This document shows, in pieces, positions 8,941 through 18,639 of a stretch of DNA of 64,000 nucleotides (its first letter is position 1; each line of letters opens with the position of its first letter). The stretch spans positions 1 through 64,000 of the forward strand of contig JASFLY010000001.1 of the NCBI GenBank assembly GCA_050117845.1. The letters are read 5' to 3'. The DNA is from Candidatus Zixiibacteriota bacterium (GTDB lineage: Bacteria > RBG-13-66-14 > B26-G2 > WVWN01). The notes under the pieces were generated by a model that was given only the letters and a program-made list of their open reading frames with translations, was not told the origin of the DNA and did no database searches. Made by a program: the position numbers and the translations under genes.

Positions 8941-10668
8941 TTACCACTCCATTCGGGCGCCGCGTTCGGCCGGCCCGGCGAGTTTCATATAGAGGCCCAG
9001 AAGGCCCCCGGCCTTGGGGAACTCGAACGGCGCCATCCCCTCGAGGCGCTTCGCAAGGGCCTTCTCGACCCGTTGTTGGCCGTGGGCCCCGCCGGCCGTT
9101 TGGACGACGTTAATTTTGCCCGAGGCGGCATTTATCTCTATAATGTCGCCGTCGCGAACCGCCGCCAGCAGGCTGCCGGCCTCCGCGGCCTCCGGCGACA
9201 CGTGCCCCACGCAGAGGCCCCGCGTCCCGCCGGAGAAGCGGCCGTCGGTAACGAGCGCCACCTCGGCGCCGAGACGGGGGTGACTCGCCAGCGCTTCCGT
9301 AAGGAAAAAGAGTTCGGGCATGGCCGCCGCCCGCGGCCCCTGGAACGGCAGGACCACGACGGTCCCGGCCCGGACCCGGCCGCGATTCACGGCGTCGCGG
9401 GCGTCCTTCTCGTCGAAGAAAATCCGGGCCCGGCCGCGGAAACGGTTCCCCGCCGCCGCGGCCGCCTTGACGACCGCGCCGCCGGGCGCGATATTCCCGA
9501 AGAGGGCCCGGACGGCGCCGCGACGCGCGAGCGGCTTCCCGGCCGGCCGTATCACGTCCTCGCGGGTGAGTTTGTAGCAGGCCAGCCGCCGGGGATTGGT
9601 TACGAAGAAGTCGGCCCGGTCGAGACGGGTGAGGTTGCCGCCCACCGTTCCGCCGGTGACGGTCCGGGCGTCGAGCCGGAGGTAGTCCCGCAACTCCCGC
9701 ATAACGGCCGGGACGCCGCCGGCGTACCAGAAGAACGACGCCGGGTGTTCGCCGCTGGGGCGGACGTTCACGAGGAAAGGGACCTCCGAGGCCACGCGGT
9801 CGTAAGCCGCGAGGTCGAACGGCAGGCCCAGCACGCCGGCCAGCGCGGCCAGGTGGAGGAGCGCGTTGGTCGACCCGCCCACGGCGGCGTGCACCGCGAA
9901 CGCGTTATGGAACGCCCGGGCGTCGACGACGTTTCGGAAGCGGGTCCCCTTCTCGATCATCCCCGCCAACAGCGCCGCCGTTTCTTTGGCCGTCCGGGCC
10001 AGCGCGAAGTCGCCCGCCGGGATGAGAGCCGAGGCCGGCGGCGCTATCCCGAGCGCCTCGGCCATTATCTGCATCGTCGACGCCGTGCCCATGAAGGCGC
10101 AACACCCGGGGCCGGGCGTCGCGACCTCGTCGAAGTGGGCCTGCCCCACCCCCAACGTGCGGTCGCGGTCCGCGTCCTGCGCCAGCGTCCCGACATATTC
10201 CAGCGTATGGCAATCGTCGGAGGGCGGCATCACGCCCCCCGGAACGAATACCGTCGGAAGGTTGAGCCGCGCGGCGGCCAACAGGTGGCCCGGAATTGCC
10301 TTGTCGCAGGAAGAGACGAATGCCACGCCGTCGGCGTGGGCGCAGGTTACGTGCGTCTCGGCGGCCAGGGCCCATACGTCCCGCGACGCGAGCGAGAGCG
10401 CCATCGCCGGCGTCCCCTGGGCGATGCCGTCGCAGATGTCGGTACAGCGATAATCGAGCGGCCTGACGTTCGCGGCCCACAGGCCTTCCCGCACGGCGGC
10501 CGCGACTTCGCCGAGGTGATAACTGCCGGGGTGGCTCTCCCCCGCCGCGGCCTCGACCACCACCAGCGGCCGGTCGAAATCGGTCCTCGTGAACCCGCAA
10601 CCGAACCGGAGCGCCTTAACCTCGGCCCCGAGTTCTGCCATCTCTTCGCTACGGCGTTTATTCGCCAT
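8941..10668 (-). CDS. IlvD/Edd-family dehydratase (dihydroxy-acid or sugar-acid)
   Basis: CDGIAQG, SLASRD, CDKAIPG, CAFMGTASTM, GGSTNALLH, TDGRFSG, GHVSPEA. Confidence 0.9.
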   Translation of the reverse strand: MANKRRSEEMAELGAEVKALRFGCGFTRTDFDRPLVVVEAAAGESHPGSYHLGEVAAAVREGLWAANVRPLDYRCTDICDGIAQGTPAMALSLASRDVWALAAETHVTCAHADGVAFVSSCDKAIPGHLLAAARLNLPTVFVPGGVMPPSDDCHTLEYVGTLAQDADRDRTLGVGQAHFDEVATPGPGCCAFMGTASTMQIMAEALGIAPPASALIPAGDFALARTAKETAALLAGMIEKGTRFRNVVDARAFHNAFAVHAAVGGSTNALLHLAALAGVLGLPFDLAAYDRVASEVPFLVNVRPSGEHPASFFWYAGGVPAVMRELRDYLRLDARTVTGGTVGGNLTRLDRADFFVTNPRRLACYKLTREDVIRPAGKPLARRGAVRALFGNIAPGGAVVKAAAAAGNRFRGRARIFFDEKDARDAVNRGRVRAGTVVVLPFQGPRAAAMPELFFLTEALASHPRLGAEVALVTDGRFSGGTRGLCVGHVSPEAAEAGSLLAAVRDGDIIEINAASGKINVVQTAGGAHGQQRVEKALAKRLEGMAPFEFPKAGGLLGLYMKLAGPAERGARMEW

Positions 10669-11296
10669 GTACGTCCTCCAGTAATACGGCTCGCGCCGGG
10701 GCGCCGTCGCCTCCCGCCACCGCGAGCGGCAAGGCCGCCAGAAAATACTCCCCGGCCGGAACGCCGGCCAGGTTCAACCCTTCCAGAATCATCACGCCCG
10801 CGCCGAGGAGCTCCAGGTGGGCCTCGGCCTCGGGGGCGCCGTACTCCTCCACCGACAGGTAGTCCCACCCCACAAGCCGGGCGCCGCTCGCAGCCAACGC
10901 CCGGGCCGCGGGGCCCGATAGGAACGTGTATTCGGCCGAGAAGCCCCCGCCGGGGGGCGCGGCCGAATTATCGGTTTTAAACAAAATGCGCTCGCCCGCC
11001 CGGGGCTGGGCGGCGGCCACGTCGGCCTCCGTCACGGCGCGCCGGCCGGTTACGTCCACCACGCGGCACGGCCCCACGAACGCGTCGAGCGCGACCGACG
11101 ACAGATCGGCCCCGCCTTCGATAAAATGAAACGGAACGTCGACGTGAGTTCCGGTGTGGCTGCCACAGCTTATGAGGGATACTTCGGCCGAATCGCCTCC
11201 GGCCCGGCTGAGGGCCGGGTCTCGGCGAAAAGGGGGGTCGCCGGGATAGGTCGCCATCCCGTTCGCGAGCGGAACCGAAATATCTATAACGCGCAT
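10658..11296 (-). CDS. Cyclase-family metallohydrolase (kynurenine formamidase KynB-like)
   Basis: IDIS, YPGDP, HTGTHVDVPFH, DYLSVE, ILEGL, DGAPARAVL. Confidence 0.9.
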   Translation of the reverse strand: MRVIDISVPLANGMATYPGDPPFRRDPALSRAGGDSAEVSLISCGSHTGTHVDVPFHFIEGGADLSSVALDAFVGPCRVVDVTGRRAVTEADVAAAQPRAGERILFKTDNSAAPPGGGFSAEYTFLSGPAARALAASGARLVGWDYLSVEEYGAPEAEAHLELLGAGVMILEGLNLAGVPAGEYFLAALPLAVAGGDGAPARAVLLEDVHGE

Positions 11297-11361
11297 ATTA
11301 TCGGGGGCCAGAGGTTACCATAATCGGATAACGCGGTCAATAACTCGTACCGGAAAAAACG

Positions 11362-11390
11362 TTGACAAATATTAACCGTCGCCCTATAAT
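11362..11390 (+). promoter_or_regulatory. Consensus sigma70 promoter for rex
   Basis: TTGACA(11362-67)-17 bp-TATAAT(11385-90), a perfect consensus match. Confidence 0.85.
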
Positions 11391-11421
11391 CCATTCCGTA
11401 GCCGTTTTTTTTTCAACGGCC

Positions 11422-11439
11422 TTGATAACTTTTTCACGA
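11422..11439 (+). promoter_or_regulatory. Putative Rex operator (autoregulation)
   Basis: TTGATAA-CTTT-TTCACGA versus Rex consensus TTGTGAA-N4-TTCACAA (3 mismatches), lying between the promoter and the rex start. Confidence 0.6.
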
Positions 11440-11452
11440 ACACTATATAGTC

Positions 11453-12094
11453 GTGCCCCGACCCAAGAAAATCCCCGGCACCACCATTTCCCGATTGTCG
11501 ATTTACGTACGGGCTCTCCAAAAACTACGCGTGGAAGGAGTAGTCACCACTTCCTCGGGAAAATTGGCCGAGCAGGTCGGCCTCACCGCCGCCCAGATCC
11601 GTAAGGACCTCGCGTATTTCGGCCAATTCGGCGTCCCGGGTCGGGGATACTACGTCGAGAACCTCTACAACGAACTCGCGACCATCCTCGGCCTCGACCG
11701 CCGCTGGGAAGTGGCGCTGGCCGGCGTGGGGCACCTCGGTTACGCCTTGCTGGCTTATAACGGCTTCAAGAAACAGGGATTCGAGGTAGTCATCGCGTTC
11801 GACAAGGACCCGGCGAAAGTGGGCCAAACCTGGGAGGGCGTCACGATATACGATATCGCCGACGCCCCGACGGTCCTTCCGGGGAACTCCGCCGAAATCG
11901 GTATAATCGCCGTCCCGCCGGCCGGGGCGCAGGAAGTGTGTGACGCGTTCGTGGCCGGCGGCCTCAAGTCTATCCTGTCGTTCGCGCCCGATCGCCTTAT
12001 AACGCCGCCCGCCGTTACCGTTAAACGGGTCGACCTCGCGATGGAACTCGAGTGGCTCTCGTACTACGCAACCCGTTCCCCGAACCGGGGCTAA
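11453..12094 (+). CDS. rex: Redox-sensing transcriptional repressor Rex
   Basis: IPGTTISRLSIY, QIRKDLAYFGQFGVPGRGY, GVGHLG Rossmann motif. Confidence 0.96.
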   Translation: MPRPKKIPGTTISRLSIYVRALQKLRVEGVVTTSSGKLAEQVGLTAAQIRKDLAYFGQFGVPGRGYYVENLYNELATILGLDRRWEVALAGVGHLGYALLAYNGFKKQGFEVVIAFDKDPAKVGQTWEGVTIYDIADAPTVLPGNSAEIGIIAVPPAGAQEVCDAFVAGGLKSILSFAPDRLITPPAVTVKRVDLAMELEWLSYYATRSPNRG

Positions 12095-12174
12095 GTCGAA
12101 CCGGGCGGGCCGTCCGCGGGCAAAGGGGCCGCGGCGCTTGGACGCCGGGCCTTTTTATTATATAATAAGTCCGT

Positions 12175-13164
12175 ATGAAAAAAGCGGTCGTCACCGTCGT
12201 CGTCGTGGCTGTGCTCATCGTAGCCGCATACGGCGCTTATAAATATTACGAAGACGCGATAAGCCGGAAGCCGGACGAGGCCGTAACGAAAACGGTCGTC
12301 GTGCCCCCGGGTTATACCACCGGCGATATAGCGGCGCTCCTGGCCGAAGAGGGCCTCATCGTAAACGCGCAACCCTTCGTCTGGTACTGCCGTATTAATA
12401 AGCTGGACGGGAAATTGCAGGCGGGGGAATACGAACTCTCGAGCGAGGACGGCATTCCGGGACTGGCGGCCGCGCTCTGCGCCGGCCGCGTCAACGTCAC
12501 ACGCTTCACGGTGCCCGAGGGTTATACCAAAGATAAAACCGCCCGGGCCGTTGCCGGGGCGGGGATATGCACCGCCGACGAATTCCTGGCCGCGTGCGAG
12601 CGGGGCGACCCTCTCGGCCGAACCCCCACGGACGACCTGGAGGGTTACCTTTTCGGCGACACGTATGAGATAAACGCCGACGCCGGTGCGAACGAGGCCG
12701 TCGAGATAATGCTGGGCCGCTTCTTCGAAGTGATGGGGCCGGAGGAGATGGCCCGCGCCGAAGAGCTGGGAATGCCCCTGGAGGAAGTGGTCACGCTCGC
12801 GTCGATAATCGAACGGGAAGCGCTCCTCGACGACGAGAGACCTATGGTGGCGTCGGTGTTTCACAACCGATTGGCGCGGGGGATGCGCCTCGAGTCCTGC
12901 GCTACCGTGATCTACGCGCTGGGGGGAGACGTCAAACGTTTAACGGTCCAGGATTTAAAAGTAGACTCGCCCTATAATACTTATATCCGCGCCGGCCTCC
13001 CGCCGGGGCCTATATGTTCCCCCGGCGAGGCGTCGCTTCGAGCGGCGCTCTATCCGGCATCGAGTGATTACCTGTTCTTCGTATCGAACGGCGACGGCAG
13101 TCATACCTTCAGCACGACGCTGGCCGGCCACCTCGCCGCCCGCAGGAACAAAAAGAAGAGATAA
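12175..13164 (+). CDS. mltG: Endolytic transglycosylase MltG
   Basis: N-terminal TM, TVPEG, LEGYLF, LASIIERE, VFHNRL, SPYNTY, GLPPGPI, YLFFV. Confidence 0.95.
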   Translation: MKKAVVTVVVVAVLIVAAYGAYKYYEDAISRKPDEAVTKTVVVPPGYTTGDIAALLAEEGLIVNAQPFVWYCRINKLDGKLQAGEYELSSEDGIPGLAAALCAGRVNVTRFTVPEGYTKDKTARAVAGAGICTADEFLAACERGDPLGRTPTDDLEGYLFGDTYEINADAGANEAVEIMLGRFFEVMGPEEMARAEELGMPLEEVVTLASIIEREALLDDERPMVASVFHNRLARGMRLESCATVIYALGGDVKRLTVQDLKVDSPYNTYIRAGLPPGPICSPGEASLRAALYPASSDYLFFVSNGDGSHTFSTTLAGHLAARRNKKKR

Positions 13165-13170
13165 CGAACG

Positions 13171-13494
13171 ATGTCCGCGCGACGCCGCCTCGAGCCGTCG
13201 GCCCTTCCCCCCGACGACGATATCCTGGTCTGGAGCCTTCAGGTCCCGGCCGAGGCCGAAGGGGCCGTCATCGCGGTCTGCGACGGTTACGAGAACAAGC
13301 TTCAACTTCGGTCCCGGATGGACGGGAAGGCCGGGTCGTTCGCGGCCTGGGTCGCCCCGGCGTACCGGGAAGAGGTACAAGAACTGCTGGAATACCTCGG
13401 CCGCCGTTTCGGCGTGCGAAGTACCGGCCCCCGGCCTTTCGATTCCTCGGACCTCGCCGCCGGCATGCATATAACGCCGCGGCCTGGGAAGTAA
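13171..13494 (+). CDS. Small hypothetical protein (DUF4911-like)
   Basis: Fills the gap between mltG and lepB; CDGYE..LR....G....VAP...EEV..LL pattern resembles DUF4911. Confidence 0.6.
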   Translation: MSARRRLEPSALPPDDDILVWSLQVPAEAEGAVIAVCDGYENKLQLRSRMDGKAGSFAAWVAPAYREEVQELLEYLGRRFGVRSTGPRPFDSSDLAAGMHITPRPGK

Positions 13495-13524
13495 ACGGAA
13501 ATTCACTTCAACCGTCAGGTAAAA

Positions 13525-14328
13525 ATGGCTAAAAAGAAAAAAGCTCCGACGCCTCCGGCCAAGAAGAAAGCCGGGCCGGTTGAGAAAACCATCCGCGACA
13601 TAATTATCATCGTCGTGGCGTTTGTCGTCATCCGCCTTTGGGTCGTCGAGGCCAACGTCATCCCCTCCGGATCGATGAAGGAAACCTTGCTCGTGGGGGA
13701 TTACATCCTGGCCGAAAAAGTAACCTACCACGTCCGCGACCCGCAGCCGGGCGAAGTCATAACGTTTATCTTCCCCTTCCGCGATATGACCTTCGGCCAA
13801 AGCGTCCGCTTCTTCATGCGTAATATCCTGGGCGAGAGCAAGACCGGCCCTCGCCTCCTGATCAAGCGTTGTATCGGGGCGCCGGGCGACGTCCTCCAGA
13901 TTAAGGACCATGTCCTGTATCGTAACGGCGAACCGGTCGACGAGCCCTACCTGAAATCGGACGCCGGGGACCCAAGCGGCGGGAACGGCATTCATTACGC
14001 CATACCGCTCGACGTGCCTTACCGCGTCCCGGACGACATGTACTTCGTTATGGGGGATAATCGGTACGACTCGGCGGACAGCCGCGTCATCGGGCCGGTC
14101 CCGCGGAAATACATCACAGCCAAGGCCGAGATAATTTACTTCTCGCTCGCGCCCATCACGTGCCCCAAGCACGGTACGCCTATCACGCATTCGGAGGACG
14201 GCTGGTACTGCTCCGGCGGTGGCGAGGAATTCCAACCGGGATGGGACTTCGAACCGGTTTCCAAGTGGAGGTTCGACCGCCGCGTCCGGTGGCACCGTAT
14301 GGGCAAACTCGTCCGCAGCCTTCTATAA
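13525..14328 (+). CDS. lepB: Signal peptidase I
   Basis: IPSGSMKETLLVGD, IKRCIG.PGD, YFVMGDNRYDSADSR. Confidence 0.95.
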   Translation: MAKKKKAPTPPAKKKAGPVEKTIRDIIIIVVAFVVIRLWVVEANVIPSGSMKETLLVGDYILAEKVTYHVRDPQPGEVITFIFPFRDMTFGQSVRFFMRNILGESKTGPRLLIKRCIGAPGDVLQIKDHVLYRNGEPVDEPYLKSDAGDPSGGNGIHYAIPLDVPYRVPDDMYFVMGDNRYDSADSRVIGPVPRKYITAKAEIIYFSLAPITCPKHGTPITHSEDGWYCSGGGEEFQPGWDFEPVSKWRFDRRVRWHRMGKLVRSLL

Positions 14329-14356
14329 AACAGGCGGAATTAAAACATAAGCGAAG

Positions 14357-14383
14357 CGCCCGGCCTATAAGCCGGGCGTTTTT
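14357..14383 (+). terminator. Intrinsic terminator after lepB
   Basis: CGCCCGGC-ctataa-GCCGGGCG-TTTTT. Confidence 0.75.
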
Positions 14384-14411
14384 ATATTTATTTAGAAGAT
14401 ACAGGGAAACG

Positions 14412-15359
14412 TTAAGCCGGGTCCGGCCCCCTAGCCGGCCGCGCCAACGACGCGAGCACCTCCCGGTACAGCCGCGCCCGCCGGCGGCCGCCGCGCCACG
14501 CCACGCCCAAAACGGCGAAGCCGAACCGGCGGAGCCAAAGCGACGTTCCCGACCACGCCGTAACCAGCGCCCCGGCGGCCGGCCCGAACCACGTACGCGC
14601 GTAGCGCCGGAGGCTCCGGTGGGATTCGGCCACGACGAGGGGATTCGGCAACCGCCTGCTGCCACCGGTATAATGGCTCACCGGCCCGGCCGGAACGTAC
14701 CACAACTCTCCCCCGGCCCGGCCCAGCCGCATACACAGGTCCACGTCCTCGGAGTACAGGAAGTACCCCTCGTCGAATCCGCCGACTGCCTCGAAAGCCC
14801 GGCGTCTCACGAGAATAAACGCCCCGCTGAGCACCTCGGCCCGGGCCGGCGCCGCATCGTAGAATGGGCGGGGGTAATAACGGTGGGTCAAGCTCGAGCC
14901 GGCGAAACGCGATTCCTCCAGCCCCGAAACCAGAAACATCATGTTAAGGAAGTTCGGAGCGCGACGAGCACAGAAACGCTGGAGCTTGCCATCCCGGCCT
15001 ACTATTTTGGGGCCTACGGCCGCGGCGGCCGGCCGCTCTTCCATAAAATCCAGCAACGTTGCGACCAGGCCCGGCGGCGTTTCCGTATCCGGATTCACGA
15101 AGAGGAGGTAGTCCCCCTTCGCCCGGACGGCGCCGGCGTTGTTGGCGGCGCCGAACCCGGCGTTGCGCGGAAGCCGCAACACATCCACTTCCGGGAACGA
15201 GGCCGCGACGTCCGCGCTATCGTCGGGGGACGCGTTATCGACGACGATTATCTCCATCCCGGCCGGAACGTCCTGGGCGACCAAAGAGGTGAGGGCGCGG
15301 CGCAAAAGATCCGCGCAATCGTAACTCACGCACACGGCCGTCGCCGCCAGTGCACTCAT
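14412..15359 (-). CDS. GT2 glycosyltransferase (WbbL/rhamnosyltransferase-like)
   Basis: VVDNASPD, NAGFGAANN, LFVNPD, GGFDEGYFLYSEDVDLC; ATG 15359 overlaps the upstream stop (ATGA). Confidence 0.9.
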   Translation of the reverse strand: MSALAATAVCVSYDCADLLRRALTSLVAQDVPAGMEIIVVDNASPDDSADVAASFPEVDVLRLPRNAGFGAANNAGAVRAKGDYLLFVNPDTETPPGLVATLLDFMEERPAAAAVGPKIVGRDGKLQRFCARRAPNFLNMMFLVSGLEESRFAGSSLTHRYYPRPFYDAAPARAEVLSGAFILVRRRAFEAVGGFDEGYFLYSEDVDLCMRLGRAGGELWYVPAGPVSHYTGGSRRLPNPLVVAESHRSLRRYARTWFGPAAGALVTAWSGTSLWLRRFGFAVLGVAWRGGRRRARLYREVLASLARPARGPDPA

Positions 15360-17098
15360 CGCTCCCCCTCCAGCTCCCGGGCCAGGTCCGCCAGGTTGTC
15401 GAACGGGTCGCCGGCGTCCGTTCCCAGATACGCCCGGCCGAAGGCCTCGCGGCCTCGGTCGAAGCTGCCCGGAGGCGCGTGGAGTACGTCGTCTATCGTC
15501 CGCTCCAGCCGGCCGAGGTCGCGGACGCCGGCCGCCGCGCCGTAACGGACGTAAGGGATGTAGTCGGGCACGTCCGGGGCCAGGTTCACGTAGATGAAAG
15601 GGACGCCGGCCGCCACCGCGTCCACGCCCACGCCGGATTGGCTCATCACGACTACGGCCGCGTCGGCCAGCACCTCCTCCAAGGGAGTGTCCTTGGTTAT
15701 AACGGCGTCCGTCAGGCCGGCCCGGGAGATAATCGCCCGATAGAGGGCGTCGGCCTCGACGGGATGGGGACGGACCACAAGGCGACGTCCACGCTGTGCC
15801 GAGTACGAAGCGCACGCCCGAGCGAGGGCCCGGTTCTCGTCCGGGCTGAGTATATTCGTTGCCAGGACGAGAGACCCGGCCTTCCGCTTCCCCGGCCTAT
15901 TTAACTCATTGCACTTCCGGGCGGCGAGCGCGGCATAGGGCGAACCCGTAACCACGACCTTCTCGGGAGGGGCGCCCCCGGCTATCATCCAGTCCCGGCT
16001 GACGTCCCCCCACGCCGCCATCCGCGACGAGCTTAGGGGAAGGTACCCGAAGGTGGGGCCGCCGGTGATGTGGTTCTGGATTACGAGGGTCGGGACGCCG
16101 CGTCGGCCCGCCAGCGTGGACACGAGGCGTCCCGCCATGTGCGCGTCGCTCATATGTACGATGAGAGAAGGCCGCCACCTCTCCAGAAAAGCCTCCACCG
16201 CCGTCGCGAACATCGCAATAGTTACGAGCCAGGTCCCCGGTCGGAACGGCAACTTCGCCCGGAAATAATCCGCGAGGCCCGGCGGCAACTCGATTCCGGC
16301 GAACAACCCGGCGCGCTCGAGTTCCTTAAAATCGGCGGCCAGCTTCCGGAACAGCTTCCGGGTCTCCCCCCGCGGCGGCATCCGGTCGAAGATGCTCGAG
16401 CACTTTATGCCGGCCGCCCCGGCCTGCCGGGCGGCGGCGAGGGCCCCGGCGAAATACGGGACCTCCCGGCCGTACGAGCGGCAGAACCCTTCGTAAACGT
16501 CGAATTCGAGCCGGTCGAATTGCCCCCAGAAAACTACGCCTCCCGGCTCCGTTATACTAAGGTCCTTACGTACGGCGGCGCGACCCTGGCGAGCCCGGCG
16601 TCGGGCCGCGAGGAACATAGCGGGCCACAGGTAACGCCGGAAGGCCCGGGCCGTCGGGCCGGACCCGCGGACGCTTCGGCGGCCTACGGTATCCCATCGT
16701 ATTCCGCACCCGTCCAAAACGCGCGCGAGAAAAAGGGCCCGGGCGGAACCGTCCCGGACGAAGGTCACGCGGCTCGGCTCGTAGCGCTTTATTATGTGCT
16801 CCAGGACGAAGTACAGGCGAAGCGGCAATTGGAAAAAGCGGAAGAGGTCTATCTGCGCCGCGGCCCCCAAAGGAACGCCGTCCCACGTGAGGTAGGACTT
16901 CCCGCCGGAAATGTACCAGCTCGAAGCCAGCGCCGACGCTACGCGATAACTCTCGTGGTTCGCGGCGAAGTCCATCCCCTCCTCCCCGAGGGCCACGTCC
17001 GACCAACCGCCGGAGTACTCGTCCCACCCGAAAGAGACGACCCTCGCGCCCGGTCTTACCCGACGAAGCGCGGCCAACGTCGCGTCGCTCCATACCAA
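15356..17098 (-). CDS. Polysaccharide biosynthesis protein, GT-B-like (capsule/glycerophosphotransferase-like)
   Basis: VIQNH, AAWG, VVVTGSP, VVRPHP.E and SQSGVG.DA motifs. Start uncertain (TTG 17098); the ORF-track extension overlaps the flippase. Confidence 0.65.
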   Translation of the reverse strand: MVWSDATLAALRRVRPGARVVSFGWDEYSGGWSDVALGEEGMDFAANHESYRVASALASSWYISGGKSYLTWDGVPLGAAAQIDLFRFFQLPLRLYFVLEHIIKRYEPSRVTFVRDGSARALFLARVLDGCGIRWDTVGRRSVRGSGPTARAFRRYLWPAMFLAARRRARQGRAAVRKDLSITEPGGVVFWGQFDRLEFDVYEGFCRSYGREVPYFAGALAAARQAGAAGIKCSSIFDRMPPRGETRKLFRKLAADFKELERAGLFAGIELPPGLADYFRAKLPFRPGTWLVTIAMFATAVEAFLERWRPSLIVHMSDAHMAGRLVSTLAGRRGVPTLVIQNHITGGPTFGYLPLSSSRMAAWGDVSRDWMIAGGAPPEKVVVTGSPYAALAARKCNELNRPGKRKAGSLVLATNILSPDENRALARACASYSAQRGRRLVVRPHPVEADALYRAIISRAGLTDAVITKDTPLEEVLADAAVVVMSQSGVGVDAVAAGVPFIYVNLAPDVPDYIPYVRYGAAAGVRDLGRLERTIDDVLHAPPGSFDRGREAFGRAYLGTDAGDPFDNLADLARELEGER

Positions 17099-17100
17099 AG

Positions 17101-18639
17101 CTATCTCTTGCCCGGGGATATTTTCTCTCCTATTAGCGAACGTATCCTGCCGACGAAACCGGTCTCCCGCTCCACGTAAAAACCGAAAGCGACTACGGTC
17201 GGCGTGAACAAAACCAGCCGCACGACGAGATTCGCGACGTCCACGGCGGGGCGATCCAGGCCGGGAAGCAGTCGGGCCAGGAGGAAGGAGCCGCCGTAGA
17301 AAGCCAGAACCAGGCCGGCCGCGACGACCACCGGCGGAACGAGCAGGTACTCGAACGCCCGAGGGAAAGTCCGCGCCGGCAGCGACATCAAACGCCACGC
17401 CATGAACTGCACCGAGCACGCGAAAGCGGCCAGGCCGAGCGACGAACCGGCGGCGATTCCCGTAAGACCCCAACCGAAATGCCGAGCCGAAAATATTACG
17501 GCGGTGGCGAGCACAAGGCCCACCAGTTGGGCCACGGCCAGGGACTTGAATCGGCCCAGGGCTACGAGGATATGGGCCGCCCCCTGCGCCCCGCCCTGGC
17601 AGGTTATCCCGACCAAGAGCGCCGTGGCTATGGGGATAGACGGCCGGAAGGCCGGGAGAACGTAGCGGATAAACGGGACCATGCATATGACCACGAGGCC
17701 GGCGGCGGCCGCGACCAGGTAGGTCAATACGAGCGACGGCTTCACGAGATACTCCTCGAACTCGCGGCGGTCCCCGTCGCGACGGAGAGCGTATATTCGT
17801 GGGGCCATCGCCTGACCGACGTTCATCGGTATGAAATATACGAGCGTGACGCCGGTTACGGCCAGGAAGTAATGCCCCACGTCACGGGCCGGGTAAAACT
17901 GCACCACTAAAAACCGGTCCACGGATTGCAGTACGAAACCTAACGCGCCGACGACGGCGAGCGGCAATCCCACCGGGAGGAGCTTCCGGATGGTTGACCA
18001 GTCGGGCCACGGCCTGGCCCAGGACCGGGTCCAAATCGATCCCACGACCATGACCGTAACGCCGCTGATAACGAGGCCCAGAAACACGCCGTAAACGCCA
18101 TAGACGAACAACAAGCCGACCGTACAGACAAAAACCGAAGCGGCCCGGAACGCCGTAAACCAAAAGGAAGAGCCGAACTGCCGCCGCGCCCGGAACAGCG
18201 TCGTGAAATAGGTATCGAACCGGGTCGTGATGAGCAGGACAGCGAAGGCGAGAAGGCCCCACGAAGTCGCTCGGGCGTACGACCCCCACGAAACAAGGGC
18301 GTATACCGCGAGGATAATAGCGGGCCCAATCGACGTCAGGAGATTAAAGGAGTACCCGACCTTCGCGAGCCGGTCGGCGAAGTCGGCTTCGCCGTGCCTC
18401 AACGCGTACGGCACCTCGCGGCCGATAGCGGTCGTAATTCCCAGCTGGAGGTACGAGCCGTACTTGGTTATCAAGCCCAACGCGCCGAGCACGCCGTAGA
18501 GGCCGGGGCCCAGGATGCGCGGGATAATTACGCCGCGCACCATCGCGATTACCTGTTCGACGACCGCGGCGCCCCACAGTTGAGCGGCGTCGGTCATGAG
18601 CCGAGGCCTACGCACCTCTTCCGTCAGGGGGTGTTTCAA
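17101..18639 (-). CDS. Oligosaccharide flippase (Wzx-like)
   Basis: About 12-14 hydrophobic segments; RILGPGLYG and SVDRFLV..Y..VGHY motifs; lies next to glycosyltransferases. Confidence 0.85.
   Translation of the reverse strand: MKHPLTEEVRRPRLMTDAAQLWGAAVVEQVIAMVRGVIIPRILGPGLYGVLGALGLITKYGSYLQLGITTAIGREVPYALRHGEADFADRLAKVGYSFNLLTSIGPAIILAVYALVSWGSYARATSWGLLAFAVLLITTRFDTYFTTLFRARRQFGSSFWFTAFRAASVFVCTVGLLFVYGVYGVFLGLVISGVTVMVVGSIWTRSWARPWPDWSTIRKLLPVGLPLAVVGALGFVLQSVDRFLVVQFYPARDVGHYFLAVTGVTLVYFIPMNVGQAMAPRIYALRRDGDRREFEEYLVKPSLVLTYLVAAAAGLVVICMVPFIRYVLPAFRPSIPIATALLVGITCQGGAQGAAHILVALGRFKSLAVAQLVGLVLATAVIFSARHFGWGLTGIAAGSSLGLAAFACSVQFMAWRLMSLPARTFPRAFEYLLVPPVVVAAGLVLAFYGGSFLLARLLPGLDRPAVDVANLVVRLVLFTPTVVAFGFYVERETGFVGRIRSLIGEKISPGKR

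Noticed and set aside
8662..10980. 772-aa plus-strand ORF, and similar long ORFs such as 1101-1988, 2710-3918, 12955-14295, 14160-15545, 22197-23351 and 47453-48730
   Set aside because: Antisense or off-frame shadows of well-supported genes; Arg/Pro/Gly-rich with no motifs, as expected at high GC.
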